Part shown: piece after piece, positions 28,747 through 37,146 of the stretch
How positions within the stretch are numbered: position 1 is the stretch's first letter
Layout: each line of letters starts with the position of its first letter
Assembly: GCA_035273325.1 (NCBI GenBank)
Contig: DATEPF010000236.1
Location: 254-64,253, forward strand
Length of the DNA: 64,000 nt
Source: Pyrinomonadaceae bacterium
GTDB taxonomy: Bacteria > Acidobacteriota > Blastocatellia > Pyrinomonadales > Pyrinomonadaceae
Reading direction: 5' to 3'
Position numbers and translations under genes: made by a program
Notes under the pieces: generated by a model
The model's input: only the letters and a program-made list of their open reading frames with translations
Database searches by the model: none
What the model was told of the DNA's origin: nothing

Positions 28747-29267
28747 CCGATAACCCTCGCGTGCTTGACGCTGCATCGCTAGCCAGGATCATTCGCACCA
28801 TCCGGCTGATCGCTTTTGATTTTGACGGCGTGTTCACAGACAACTCGGTTTACGTCTTTGAGGACGGTCGCGAGGCTGTCAGGTGTACGCGTAGTGACGG
28901 CATGGGCCTGGCGAAGCTTACCGGGCTGGGGATCGCCACCGTCGTCATCTCAACGGAACCGAACCCCGTAGTCTCCGCGCGCAGTCGCAAACTTAAGATC
29001 GATTGCATTCAGGATTGTGCGGACAAACGCGCGGCCATCGATCAAGTTGCCGGCAACCTGGGTCTCACGCTTGAGCAGGTTGCGTTCGTGGGAAACGACA
29101 TAAACGATCTGCCCTGTCTAACGGCCGTCGGCCTTCCGATCGTTGTCGGCGACGCTCATCCTGACGTTGTGCAGTGGGCTGCATATCAAACGAAGAAGTT
29201 TGGTGGCTACGGCGCGGTGCGGGAAGTGTGCGATTTGTTTGAAGCTGCACTACGGGGCGAGAGTTAG
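28743..29267 (+). CDS. HAD-IIIA KdsC-type ulosonate-phosphate phosphatase (TTG start, 4-nt overlap)
   Basis: 'IRLIAFDFDGVFTDNSVYV..GREAVRCTRSDGMGL', 'VAFVGNDINDLPCLTAVGLPIVVGDAHP'. Confidence 0.8.
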   Translation: MTDNPRVLDAASLARIIRTIRLIAFDFDGVFTDNSVYVFEDGREAVRCTRSDGMGLAKLTGLGIATVVISTEPNPVVSARSRKLKIDCIQDCADKRAAIDQVAGNLGLTLEQVAFVGNDINDLPCLTAVGLPIVVGDAHPDVVQWAAYQTKKFGGYGAVREVCDLFEAALRGES

Positions 29268-30068
29268 ATGCTGAAGAACCTCTTCGACGTTGAAAACAAG
29301 ATAGTGATCGTCACCGGCGGTTGGGGGCAACTCGGCCGCGAGTTTACCAGTGCACTAAGCGCTCGCGGCGCGCGCGTAGCAGTATTCGACATCGTAGCCG
29401 GCGAGACACCTGATTTCGAGTTTGGAGAGCGGATTCTTTCGATCGAGGCTGACGTAACGAGCCGAGATTCGATCGAAGCAGGACTGAAACAAGTTACCTC
29501 AGCGTGGGGCGTGCCGCACGCGCTCATCAACAACGCCGGCCTCGATTCACCGCCAAACGCTCCCATCGAAGAAACAGGTCCCTTTGAGTCTTACCCCGAG
29601 AGTTCGTGGGACAAAGTTATGGAAGTGAACTCAAAGGGCGTCTTTCTATGTTGTCAGGTTATCGGCGGCGCGATGGCAAACGCCGGCCGCGGTTCGATTG
29701 TGAATATCAACTCGATCTACGGATTGATATCACCGGACCAGCGCATTTATGAGTATCGACGCACTCAAGGCGATCACTTCTTTAAACCGGTGGCCTATGC
29801 CGCTTCGAAATCTTCGTTGCTTAATTTGACTCGTTATTTGGCCACCTACTGGGCCGCAAAAAACGTTCGGGTCAACAGTTTGACGCTGGCTGGCGTCTTT
29901 AACAATCAAGATTCCCAGTTCCTTAAAAGCTATACTTCGCGCGTTCCACTCGGCCGAATGGCCGAACCCGGGGATTACGCAGGAGCGATTATTTTTATGG
30001 TCTCGGAGGCCTCGTCCTACATGACGGGTGCAAACATGGTGATTGACGGCGGTTGGACGGCGTGGTGA
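29268..30068 (+). CDS. Short-chain dehydrogenase/reductase
   Basis: 'KIVIVTGGWGQLGREF', 'NNAG', 'YAASKSSLLNLTRYLA'. The start abuts the previous stop. Confidence 0.85.
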   Translation: MLKNLFDVENKIVIVTGGWGQLGREFTSALSARGARVAVFDIVAGETPDFEFGERILSIEADVTSRDSIEAGLKQVTSAWGVPHALINNAGLDSPPNAPIEETGPFESYPESSWDKVMEVNSKGVFLCCQVIGGAMANAGRGSIVNINSIYGLISPDQRIYEYRRTQGDHFFKPVAYAASKSSLLNLTRYLATYWAAKNVRVNSLTLAGVFNNQDSQFLKSYTSRVPLGRMAEPGDYAGAIIFMVSEASSYMTGANMVIDGGWTAW

Positions 30069-30074
30069 AGCGTG

Positions 30075-31553
30075 ATGAGCTTGAGAACCCTTTTAGTGCC
30101 GGCGGAAATTCTGAATTGGATCGAGGGAGAGGAGCACGCGGCGATCTCAGGTGAGTTGTTCGACAAGCTCAACCCTGCCGACGGCACGTTACTGACCCGA
30201 AGCGCGCGCTCGCGAGGTGAAGACGTGCAGCATGCGGTGGCGGCCGCGAAAGCCGCGCAACCGGCATGGGCCGCCATACCGCCGGTAAAACGCGGTGAAT
30301 TGCTACTGGATATCGCGATGTCGTTGAAAGCGCAGCGCGAACCCATGGCCCGGATCGTCGCGGCCGAGACGGGCAAGTCCTATCGCGATGCTCTCGGCGA
30401 AACTGACGGCGCGGTGGCCCAGGGTGTTTTCATGGCGGGTGAGGGTCAGAGGCTTTACGGTCGCACGACGACTTCGGCGGTGCCGCACAAGCATGCAATG
30501 ACTATTCGGCAGCCGATGGGTGTAGCCGGATTAATCATCGCGGCCAACACGCCGATCGCCAATGTCGCTTGGAAGGTTTTCCCGGCTTTGATCTGCGGCA
30601 ACGCCGTAGTTCTGAAGGCGGCTGAAGACACTCCGGCAACGGCGTGGGCATTCAGCAGGATTGCCCACGACGCCGGCTTGCCGGCCGGTGTTTTAAACGT
30701 AATAAATGGGTTCGGCGAGGAAGCGGGCGAACCGCTGGTGCAACATCCGGATGTAAGCGTTATCAGCTTTACCGGTTCAACTGCTGCCGGCCGGCGCATC
30801 GCTGTCGAAGCCGGCAGGCGGCTGGCAAAGATTTCCCTGGAGCTGGGCGGCAAAAACGCTTTAGTCGTTTGTGATGACGCCGATCTGAACAACGCGCTGA
30901 AGTGGATTCTGTTGTCCGCCTTCAGCAACGCCGGACAACGCTGCGCTTCAGGAAGCCGCATTATCATTTTCGATCAAATTTACGAACAGGTTCGTCAGAT
31001 GCTTATCGAAGGATGCGAGAAACTGCGCGTCGGCACGGGCGATGATGCTGATTTCGGACCGGTCATCAACGAGAAGCAATTGCAAAATATGTTGGCTGCC
31101 ATCGAGCGAGCCCGCGATGCGGGGGCCACCGTCTTGACGGGTGGACACAGACTGACAACTGATGAGCATCGGAGTGGTTACTATTTGGCGCCGACTTTGA
31201 TTGAAAACGCCGCGCCTCAAGCCGAGATTTCCGTCAACGAATTGTTTGGACCGGTTGCTTGTCTTTATCGGGTAAAGAATTTCGCCGAAGGTCTGAGGCT
31301 GGTAAACGATTCGCCTTACGGGCTGACGGCGTGTATTCATACGCGTAACTTACATCGGGCAGTTGAGTTTACGCAGAAGGTCCAGAGCGGCGTGGCGGTC
31401 GTGAATGCGGGAACCTACGGAAGCGAGCCTCACATGCCCTTCGGTGGCCTTAAGCAATCTGGAAACGGCTCACGAGAGCCGGGGACCGAAGCGCTCGACA
31501 TTTATTCAAATCTGAAGGACGTCTACATAAGCGTTGAGCCGGAACAGGTTTAG
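30075..31553 (+). CDS. NAD(P)-dependent aldehyde dehydrogenase
   Basis: 'VISFTGSTAAGRRI', 'ELGGKNALVVCDDADL', 'FSNAGQRCASGSRIII', 'PFGGLKQSGNG'. Confidence 0.9.
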   Translation: MSLRTLLVPAEILNWIEGEEHAAISGELFDKLNPADGTLLTRSARSRGEDVQHAVAAAKAAQPAWAAIPPVKRGELLLDIAMSLKAQREPMARIVAAETGKSYRDALGETDGAVAQGVFMAGEGQRLYGRTTTSAVPHKHAMTIRQPMGVAGLIIAANTPIANVAWKVFPALICGNAVVLKAAEDTPATAWAFSRIAHDAGLPAGVLNVINGFGEEAGEPLVQHPDVSVISFTGSTAAGRRIAVEAGRRLAKISLELGGKNALVVCDDADLNNALKWILLSAFSNAGQRCASGSRIIIFDQIYEQVRQMLIEGCEKLRVGTGDDADFGPVINEKQLQNMLAAIERARDAGATVLTGGHRLTTDEHRSGYYLAPTLIENAAPQAEISVNELFGPVACLYRVKNFAEGLRLVNDSPYGLTACIHTRNLHRAVEFTQKVQSGVAVVNAGTYGSEPHMPFGGLKQSGNGSREPGTEALDIYSNLKDVYISVEPEQV

Positions 31554-31562
31554 GTAAACTTT

Positions 31563-32327
31563 TTGGAAGGCGACTCAGGAATTCCAAGTGTGATTGCTTT
31601 GATCCCCGCACGCTCGGGTTCAAAGCGTGTCCAACAGAAAAATGTGCGTGTCCTTGGCGATCATCCTGTGATTGCCTATACGATCGCCGCCGCCCAGGAA
31701 AGCGGAATCTTCGCGAAAGTACTGGTCTCTACTGATTCTGAAGAATATGCGGCAATCGCGCGACATTACGGAGCGGACGTCCCCTTCCTGCGGCCGCCTG
31801 AGGTTTCCGGCGATCTTTCCCCGGACATCGAATGGGTTGACTTCACATTGAACAAGCTTCGTGAACAAGGCTCTAAATTTGGCTGTTTCAGCATTCTGCG
31901 ACCAACCAGTCCGTTCAGACAGGCGGCTACCATTCGGCGCGCGTGGAACCAATTTCTCAGCGACGAGGCAGTGGATTCACTGCGGGCGGTCGAGAAATGC
32001 AAGCAGCACCCCGGCAAGATGTGGGTCGTGCGGCAAAACAGAATGACTCCCTTGCTGCCGTTAACACCAGCCGAGATCCCCTGGCATAGCAGACAGTACC
32101 AATCGCTCCCCGAGATTTTTGTACAAAACGCCAGCCTGGAGATCGCTTGGTCCCGAGTCGTCTTCGAAAGTCGTTCGATTTCCGGCACGGTACTCATGCC
32201 GTTTTTTACTGAAGGTTACGAAGGATTCGACATCAACGATCCAATCGATTGGCAACGCGCTCAGGACCTGGTTGAAAGTGGCGACGCCCATTTGCCTCAC
32301 GTCTTTCAATCTCGGTATCCTGCTTAA
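31563..32327 (+). CDS. CMP-ulosonic acid synthetase (acylneuraminate cytidylyltransferase family)
   Basis: 'IALIPARSGSKRVQQKNVRVLGDHPVIAYTI' and 'ILRPTSPFR'. The start is TTG 31563 or GTG 31590. Confidence 0.8.
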   Translation: MEGDSGIPSVIALIPARSGSKRVQQKNVRVLGDHPVIAYTIAAAQESGIFAKVLVSTDSEEYAAIARHYGADVPFLRPPEVSGDLSPDIEWVDFTLNKLREQGSKFGCFSILRPTSPFRQAATIRRAWNQFLSDEAVDSLRAVEKCKQHPGKMWVVRQNRMTPLLPLTPAEIPWHSRQYQSLPEIFVQNASLEIAWSRVVFESRSISGTVLMPFFTEGYEGFDINDPIDWQRAQDLVESGDAHLPHVFQSRYPA

Positions 32328-32338
32328 TTCAAAAACTG

Positions 32339-34255
32339 ATGGTCAATATTTCGCTCATACCCCTCGATGAGTTCCGGCGAGTTCGCGCCGCTACGGCGCC
32401 GCGTGAGAGAGCACTCGCCTTGTTGGCTGATATGTGTCGCGCCAATACCATTGCTTCAGTCAAACGTGCAGGCTCAGGTCATCTTGGTTCGAGTTTTAGT
32501 TCGCTCGATATTGTTACTTTGCTCTATTACCAGGAAATGGATATGAGCGCCATCGGCGCGCGCGATCCTAATCGCGACATCTACTTTTCTTCCAAAGGCC
32601 ACGACGTGCCGGGCCAGTATGCAGTTCTGTTCGCGTGCGGCATTCTCCCGAAGGAACAGTTTGTGCGGCTCCGCCGCTTGGGCGGCACCTACGGCCATCC
32701 GGACGTGACGACTCCCGGCATTGAAGCAAACACAGGGTCGCTCGGCATGGGTATCAGCAAAGGAAAAGGCTTTGCGTTTGGCAAACGCGCGCGCGGCTGG
32801 GCGGGCCGAGTCTTTGTGATGACCGGGGACGGCGAGTTGCAGGAAGGCCAGATTTACGAATCGCTTCAAAGCGCAGTCACCCAGAACCTAACGAATCTCA
32901 CGGTCATCGTCGATCACAATAAAGTGCAATCGGATCAGCAGGTCAGCCAAATCAGCGACCTCGGAGATCTGGAAGCGAAATTCCGAGCTTTTGGTTGGCA
33001 CGTGGCGCGTTGTTGCGGTCACGACTTTTCTGCGTTGTCGAGGGTCTTTGATGAGTTTCGGACCATCAACGATAAGCCAAAGATCCTCATCGCCGACACG
33101 ATCAAAGGCCGTGGAGTTTCGTTCATGGAGCATCCACAGGCACTGAAGGCCGACGGTGGTTTTTACCGGTGGCACGCAGGAGCGCCGGACGACGAGTCGT
33201 TCGTTGCCGGATACGAAGAGATCGTGAGCCGGATCAATAACAATTTACTGGAATTAGATCTGGCGCCGCTGAAGCTTGAGGAGTATCCCACGGAGGCCAG
33301 AGTCGACAGCAGTGTCTCTACTGAGTATGTGGTCGATGCGTACGGCGAAGCCCTGGCTGACGTCGCTAAAGAACACGAGAATCTGATCGTGCTGGATGCA
33401 GACCTGACGGCCGACTGCCGTTTGAAAAGATTCAAAGCTGAATATCCCGAGCGATTCATCCAGAACGGAATTGCCGAACAGGACATGGTTTCGATGGCCG
33501 GCGGATTGGCCCTGGCGGGCTTTCTGCCCGTCGTCAACACCTTCGCATCGTTTCTGTCCGCCCGCGCGAACGAGCAAATTTACAATAACGGTTGCGAGCG
33601 AACTCGGATCATCTATGTGAACCATTATGGCGGCTTGATCCCGGCGGGGCCGGGGCAGTCTCACCAAAGTATTCGCGACATATCATTACTCGGTTCGCTC
33701 CCAAACTTCGTGATCGTCCAGCCTGGCAATGCGGCCGAAACGCGTATGGCAGTCGAATATGGAGTTGCGAAATGCGAGGGCAATTTTGTCCTGCGTTTGG
33801 CAATTGGACCGTCGCCGAGAATTATTGAATTGCCCGACGGCTATCGATTGACACTCGGCCGCGGCGTTGCATTAACGGAAGGTGACGATGCAGTGTGCTT
33901 TGCCTATGGGCCGGTGATGTTGAATGAAGCGTTGATTGCGGCTGAGACCTTACGTGCGCGCGGGTTCCGTTTGAAAGTTGTGAACATGCCGTGGCTAAAT
34001 CGCGTTGACGAGCAGTGGCTGACCGAAACGGTCGAGCCTTCGCCCGCAATTTATGTCCTGGATGATCACGCCCCGGTCGGAGGGCTGGGCGACACGTTGT
34101 TGAATCAACTCATGCGAGCGAATCTGATCCAGAGCCGAACGTTCAAGAAGTTCGCAGTTAAAGGATATCCAGCGTGCGGAACGCCGCGCGAGGTTCTGGA
34201 CTTTCACGGGCTCAGCGGTCAGTCGCTGGCGGCGCAAATCCTGGGGACGCATTAG
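32339..34255 (+). CDS. Transketolase-family ThDP enzyme (N- and C-terminal halves fused in one 638-aa protein)
   Basis: 'GSGHLGSSFSSLDIVTLLYY', 'SKGHDVPGQYAVL', 'TGSLGMGISKG', 'VMTGDGELQEGQIYESL'. The C-terminal half has 'FIQNGIAEQDMVSMAGGLAL' and 'GPGQSHQSIRDISLL'. Confidence 0.85.
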   Translation: MVNISLIPLDEFRRVRAATAPRERALALLADMCRANTIASVKRAGSGHLGSSFSSLDIVTLLYYQEMDMSAIGARDPNRDIYFSSKGHDVPGQYAVLFACGILPKEQFVRLRRLGGTYGHPDVTTPGIEANTGSLGMGISKGKGFAFGKRARGWAGRVFVMTGDGELQEGQIYESLQSAVTQNLTNLTVIVDHNKVQSDQQVSQISDLGDLEAKFRAFGWHVARCCGHDFSALSRVFDEFRTINDKPKILIADTIKGRGVSFMEHPQALKADGGFYRWHAGAPDDESFVAGYEEIVSRINNNLLELDLAPLKLEEYPTEARVDSSVSTEYVVDAYGEALADVAKEHENLIVLDADLTADCRLKRFKAEYPERFIQNGIAEQDMVSMAGGLALAGFLPVVNTFASFLSARANEQIYNNGCERTRIIYVNHYGGLIPAGPGQSHQSIRDISLLGSLPNFVIVQPGNAAETRMAVEYGVAKCEGNFVLRLAIGPSPRIIELPDGYRLTLGRGVALTEGDDAVCFAYGPVMLNEALIAAETLRARGFRLKVVNMPWLNRVDEQWLTETVEPSPAIYVLDDHAPVGGLGDTLLNQLMRANLIQSRTFKKFAVKGYPACGTPREVLDFHGLSGQSLAAQILGTH

Positions 34256-34259
34256 CATT

Positions 34260-35978
34260 ATGAGATCACTGCCGCGAAGGGTGTGGCATCGCCTGAATCC
34301 AAAACGCCGGCCCGAGGATCCATATCCGAAGTGGGAAAGACTTTTGCGCGCCGACAGCCGGCTTTGGAGCGAAGCGGTTCAGAATGCGAAGAATGGTCCG
34401 CGCATTCTGATCGCCACGAGCGCAGGCGGTTTTCGCCCGGGCGCAATCGTCGAGAGCACGCTCGCGGCCGCGCTGACGCTTCGCGGCGCGAACGTTGAGA
34501 TCCTGCTTTGCGACGAAGTGCTTCCGGCATGCATCCAGTCATTGGTTACGCAATCGGATGCGCGCGAGCAGTCGTCCCAACCGGCCGCGGACAGGCAGCA
34601 GAAGAAGCTTTGCGCCGGCTGCTTCGCCCCGGGCCACGCGATGTACCAATCGCTTGGGCTACCAGTTCATCGCTACAGTCAGTTCATTTCAACAGAAGAA
34701 CGCGCGGCGGCCCGGGCTCTTGCTTCAACGCATCCGCGAAACAAGATTAGCGATTACAGTCTTGACGGCATTGCGGTCGGCGAGCATGCGCTCGCCGGCG
34801 CACTGCGGTTCTTTGCGAGCGGCAACCTGAATGCTGAGCCGAACGCTGAGCCGATCCTGCGCCGGTACTTCGAAGCCTCACTTCTGACGACGTACGCGAC
34901 CCGGCGTTTGCTGGCGACGACTGATTACGACGCGGCCTGTTTCCATCACGGGATTTATGTTCCACAGGGACTGATTGGCGAAGTCGCGCGCGCGAAGAGT
35001 GTTCGCGTCGTCAACTGGAACCCGGCTTACCGGAAACAGTGTTTCATCTTTAGTCATCACGATACTTATCACCACACGCTGCTCGACGAGCCGATCAGTC
35101 ACTGGGAAAACATCGAATGGAATAACGCGATGGAAGATGAGTTAATGGACTATTTGAAGAGCCGTTGGCGCGGCACGCAGGATTGGATTTGGTTTCACGA
35201 AAAGCCGGAGGAAGATCTCGCGACCATTGCTGCCGAACTGGGCGTGGATTTCAGTCGGCCGTGCATTGGCATGCTGACCAATGTCATGTGGGACGCGCAA
35301 CTGCACTATCGAGCAAATGCGTTCCCCAATATGCTGGAATGGGTAATCCAAACCATCAGGTACTTTATCGGACGGCCGGAACTTCAACTGCTGATTCGCG
35401 TCCACCCGGCCGAAATTCGCGGTAATTTGCCTTCGCGTCAGCCGCTCGTCGCGGAAATTCAGCGGGCATTTCCTCACCTCCCAAGAAATGTTATCGTGAT
35501 CCCGCCGGAGAGCCAGGTGAGCACGTACGCAGCAATGGCGCAGTGCGATTCTGTAATCATCTACGGCACAAAAACCGGAGTCGAACTCGCCAGCATGGGA
35601 ATTCCTACGATCGTCGCCGGCGAGGCTTGGATTCGGAACAAAGGCATTACCAACGATGCCGCAACAGCCGAACAGTATTTTGGATTGCTGGATCAGTTGC
35701 CGGGCGAGACTCGGATGAGTGCCTGTGAAACTGAGCGCGCGCGCAAATATGCCTATCATTTCTTTTTTCGGCGCATGATTCCCTTGTCATTCATGGAGGA
35801 AAGCAAAGGAGGAGCTCCGTTCCGCCTTAACCTGCAAAGCATCACCGAGCTCTTGCCGGGCCGCGAGCCAGGCCTCGACGTGATTTGCAATGGCATCCTA
35901 AACGGAAGTGAGTTCATTTATCCGGCGGAACATGGCGGAAAACTAAGCGCTTCTGAAGTGATGTACGCGCATTCCTAG
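34260..35978 (+). CDS. Large GT-B-like transferase, tentatively Capsule_synth (KpsC/KpsS-like) family; candidate ulosonic-acid transferase
   Basis: 'LLIRVHPAEIRG' (HP motif) and 'DSVIIYGTKTGVELASMGIPTIVAGEAWIRNKGIT' resemble the C-terminal half of KpsS/KpsC-type proteins. It lies 5 nt after the transketolase. The assignment is from memory of motifs only. Confidence 0.4.
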   Translation: MRSLPRRVWHRLNPKRRPEDPYPKWERLLRADSRLWSEAVQNAKNGPRILIATSAGGFRPGAIVESTLAAALTLRGANVEILLCDEVLPACIQSLVTQSDAREQSSQPAADRQQKKLCAGCFAPGHAMYQSLGLPVHRYSQFISTEERAAARALASTHPRNKISDYSLDGIAVGEHALAGALRFFASGNLNAEPNAEPILRRYFEASLLTTYATRRLLATTDYDAACFHHGIYVPQGLIGEVARAKSVRVVNWNPAYRKQCFIFSHHDTYHHTLLDEPISHWENIEWNNAMEDELMDYLKSRWRGTQDWIWFHEKPEEDLATIAAELGVDFSRPCIGMLTNVMWDAQLHYRANAFPNMLEWVIQTIRYFIGRPELQLLIRVHPAEIRGNLPSRQPLVAEIQRAFPHLPRNVIVIPPESQVSTYAAMAQCDSVIIYGTKTGVELASMGIPTIVAGEAWIRNKGITNDAATAEQYFGLLDQLPGETRMSACETERARKYAYHFFFRRMIPLSFMEESKGGAPFRLNLQSITELLPGREPGLDVICNGILNGSEFIYPAEHGGKLSASEVMYAHS

Positions 35979-36012
35979 TTTACCGGCAGTTACTGACTCT
36001 TCACGCTAAGGC

Positions 36013-36942
36013 ATGTTCCTGTTTCACCCAATCAAATCGAGTAAGGCAATCCTCAGGTCGTTCGATTTCCGCTTGCAACGTATCGAGTGGCGCCTGGAGT
36101 CCGTTCAAGAAGCGCTCGGAAGGATCGAGTTGCGACACCTGAGTGCGCGAGACAGTAACAACCTGACTGACCACCAGTTTCGCGTGTTTTCGCAATGGGG
36201 CGAGGACGGAATGATTCAATTCTTGTTGAGACACGTAGCCCCTGAGAACAAGGTATTCGTCGAATTCGGAGCGGATGCCTACAACTATGAATCAAACACG
36301 CGCTTTCTGCTGACCAATGACAATTGGAGAGGCTTGATAATCGATAGCAGTGAGCGCGCCATTGCAGAGTTAAAGAGAAGTCGTGCCTGGGAGCTGCATG
36401 ATCTGACGGCAGTTCAGGCTTTCATCACCAGAGAAAACATTAACGAACTCCTGACACAACACGGAATCAACGGCGAAATCGGTCTGCTCTCGATTGATAT
36501 CGATGGAAATGATTATTGGGTTTGGCAGGCCATCAATGTGATACAACCGGTAATCGTGATCGCTGAATACAATCACCGCTTTGGCCCGGATCGGGCCGTA
36601 ACTATTCCATACGACGAAAAATTTGATCGTAAGGAAGCACATCCGTCCAAACTTTATTTTGGCGCCTCGTTGCAAGCTCTCTGTCAGCTTGGCAAAGCGA
36701 AAGGTTACGCATTTGTCGGATGTAACGGAGTGAACGCGTTCTTTGTGCGCGCCGACAAAAGACCGCAGGTGCTTAAGGAGCTGACCCCTGCGGAAGGATT
36801 TGTTCAGGGCAAATTCGGCGAGCCGTTCCCGCGAAACGGTCAAACAGTCAAACTTAGCCCGGAAGAGGAATCCGCGTTCCTTCAAAGTTTGGATCTGCCG
36901 TTGGTGGATGTATCAAACCAGGAATTCAAAAAGCCAAACTGA
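36013..36942 (+). CDS. Hypothetical protein, FkbM-like SAM-MTase-fold candidate
   Basis: 'FSQWGEDGMIQFLLRHVAPENKVFVEFGADAYNYESNTRFLL..WRGLIID' resembles the sQ.GED...........fvefGA......SNT motif of small FkbM-like proteins. Confidence 0.35.
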   Translation: MFLFHPIKSSKAILRSFDFRLQRIEWRLESVQEALGRIELRHLSARDSNNLTDHQFRVFSQWGEDGMIQFLLRHVAPENKVFVEFGADAYNYESNTRFLLTNDNWRGLIIDSSERAIAELKRSRAWELHDLTAVQAFITRENINELLTQHGINGEIGLLSIDIDGNDYWVWQAINVIQPVIVIAEYNHRFGPDRAVTIPYDEKFDRKEAHPSKLYFGASLQALCQLGKAKGYAFVGCNGVNAFFVRADKRPQVLKELTPAEGFVQGKFGEPFPRNGQTVKLSPEEESAFLQSLDLPLVDVSNQEFKKPN

Positions 36943-37146
36943 ACGCACTATGATTCGATTGGACAAGATAGCGCCCATCTTGCGTCACCCGCGCCATTCA
37001 GTCAAAAGTTGGTAGCTCTGCCGGACGACGAGCGCACGGACTGTCGCCGCGTCGCGGGCAGGAATCGCAGCGAAGGCCGAAGTACATCAGGCGCTGCCTG
37101 TTTGCTGAGCGGGTTTTCGGCGCGCTGGCGGACACAAAGAAGTGAG

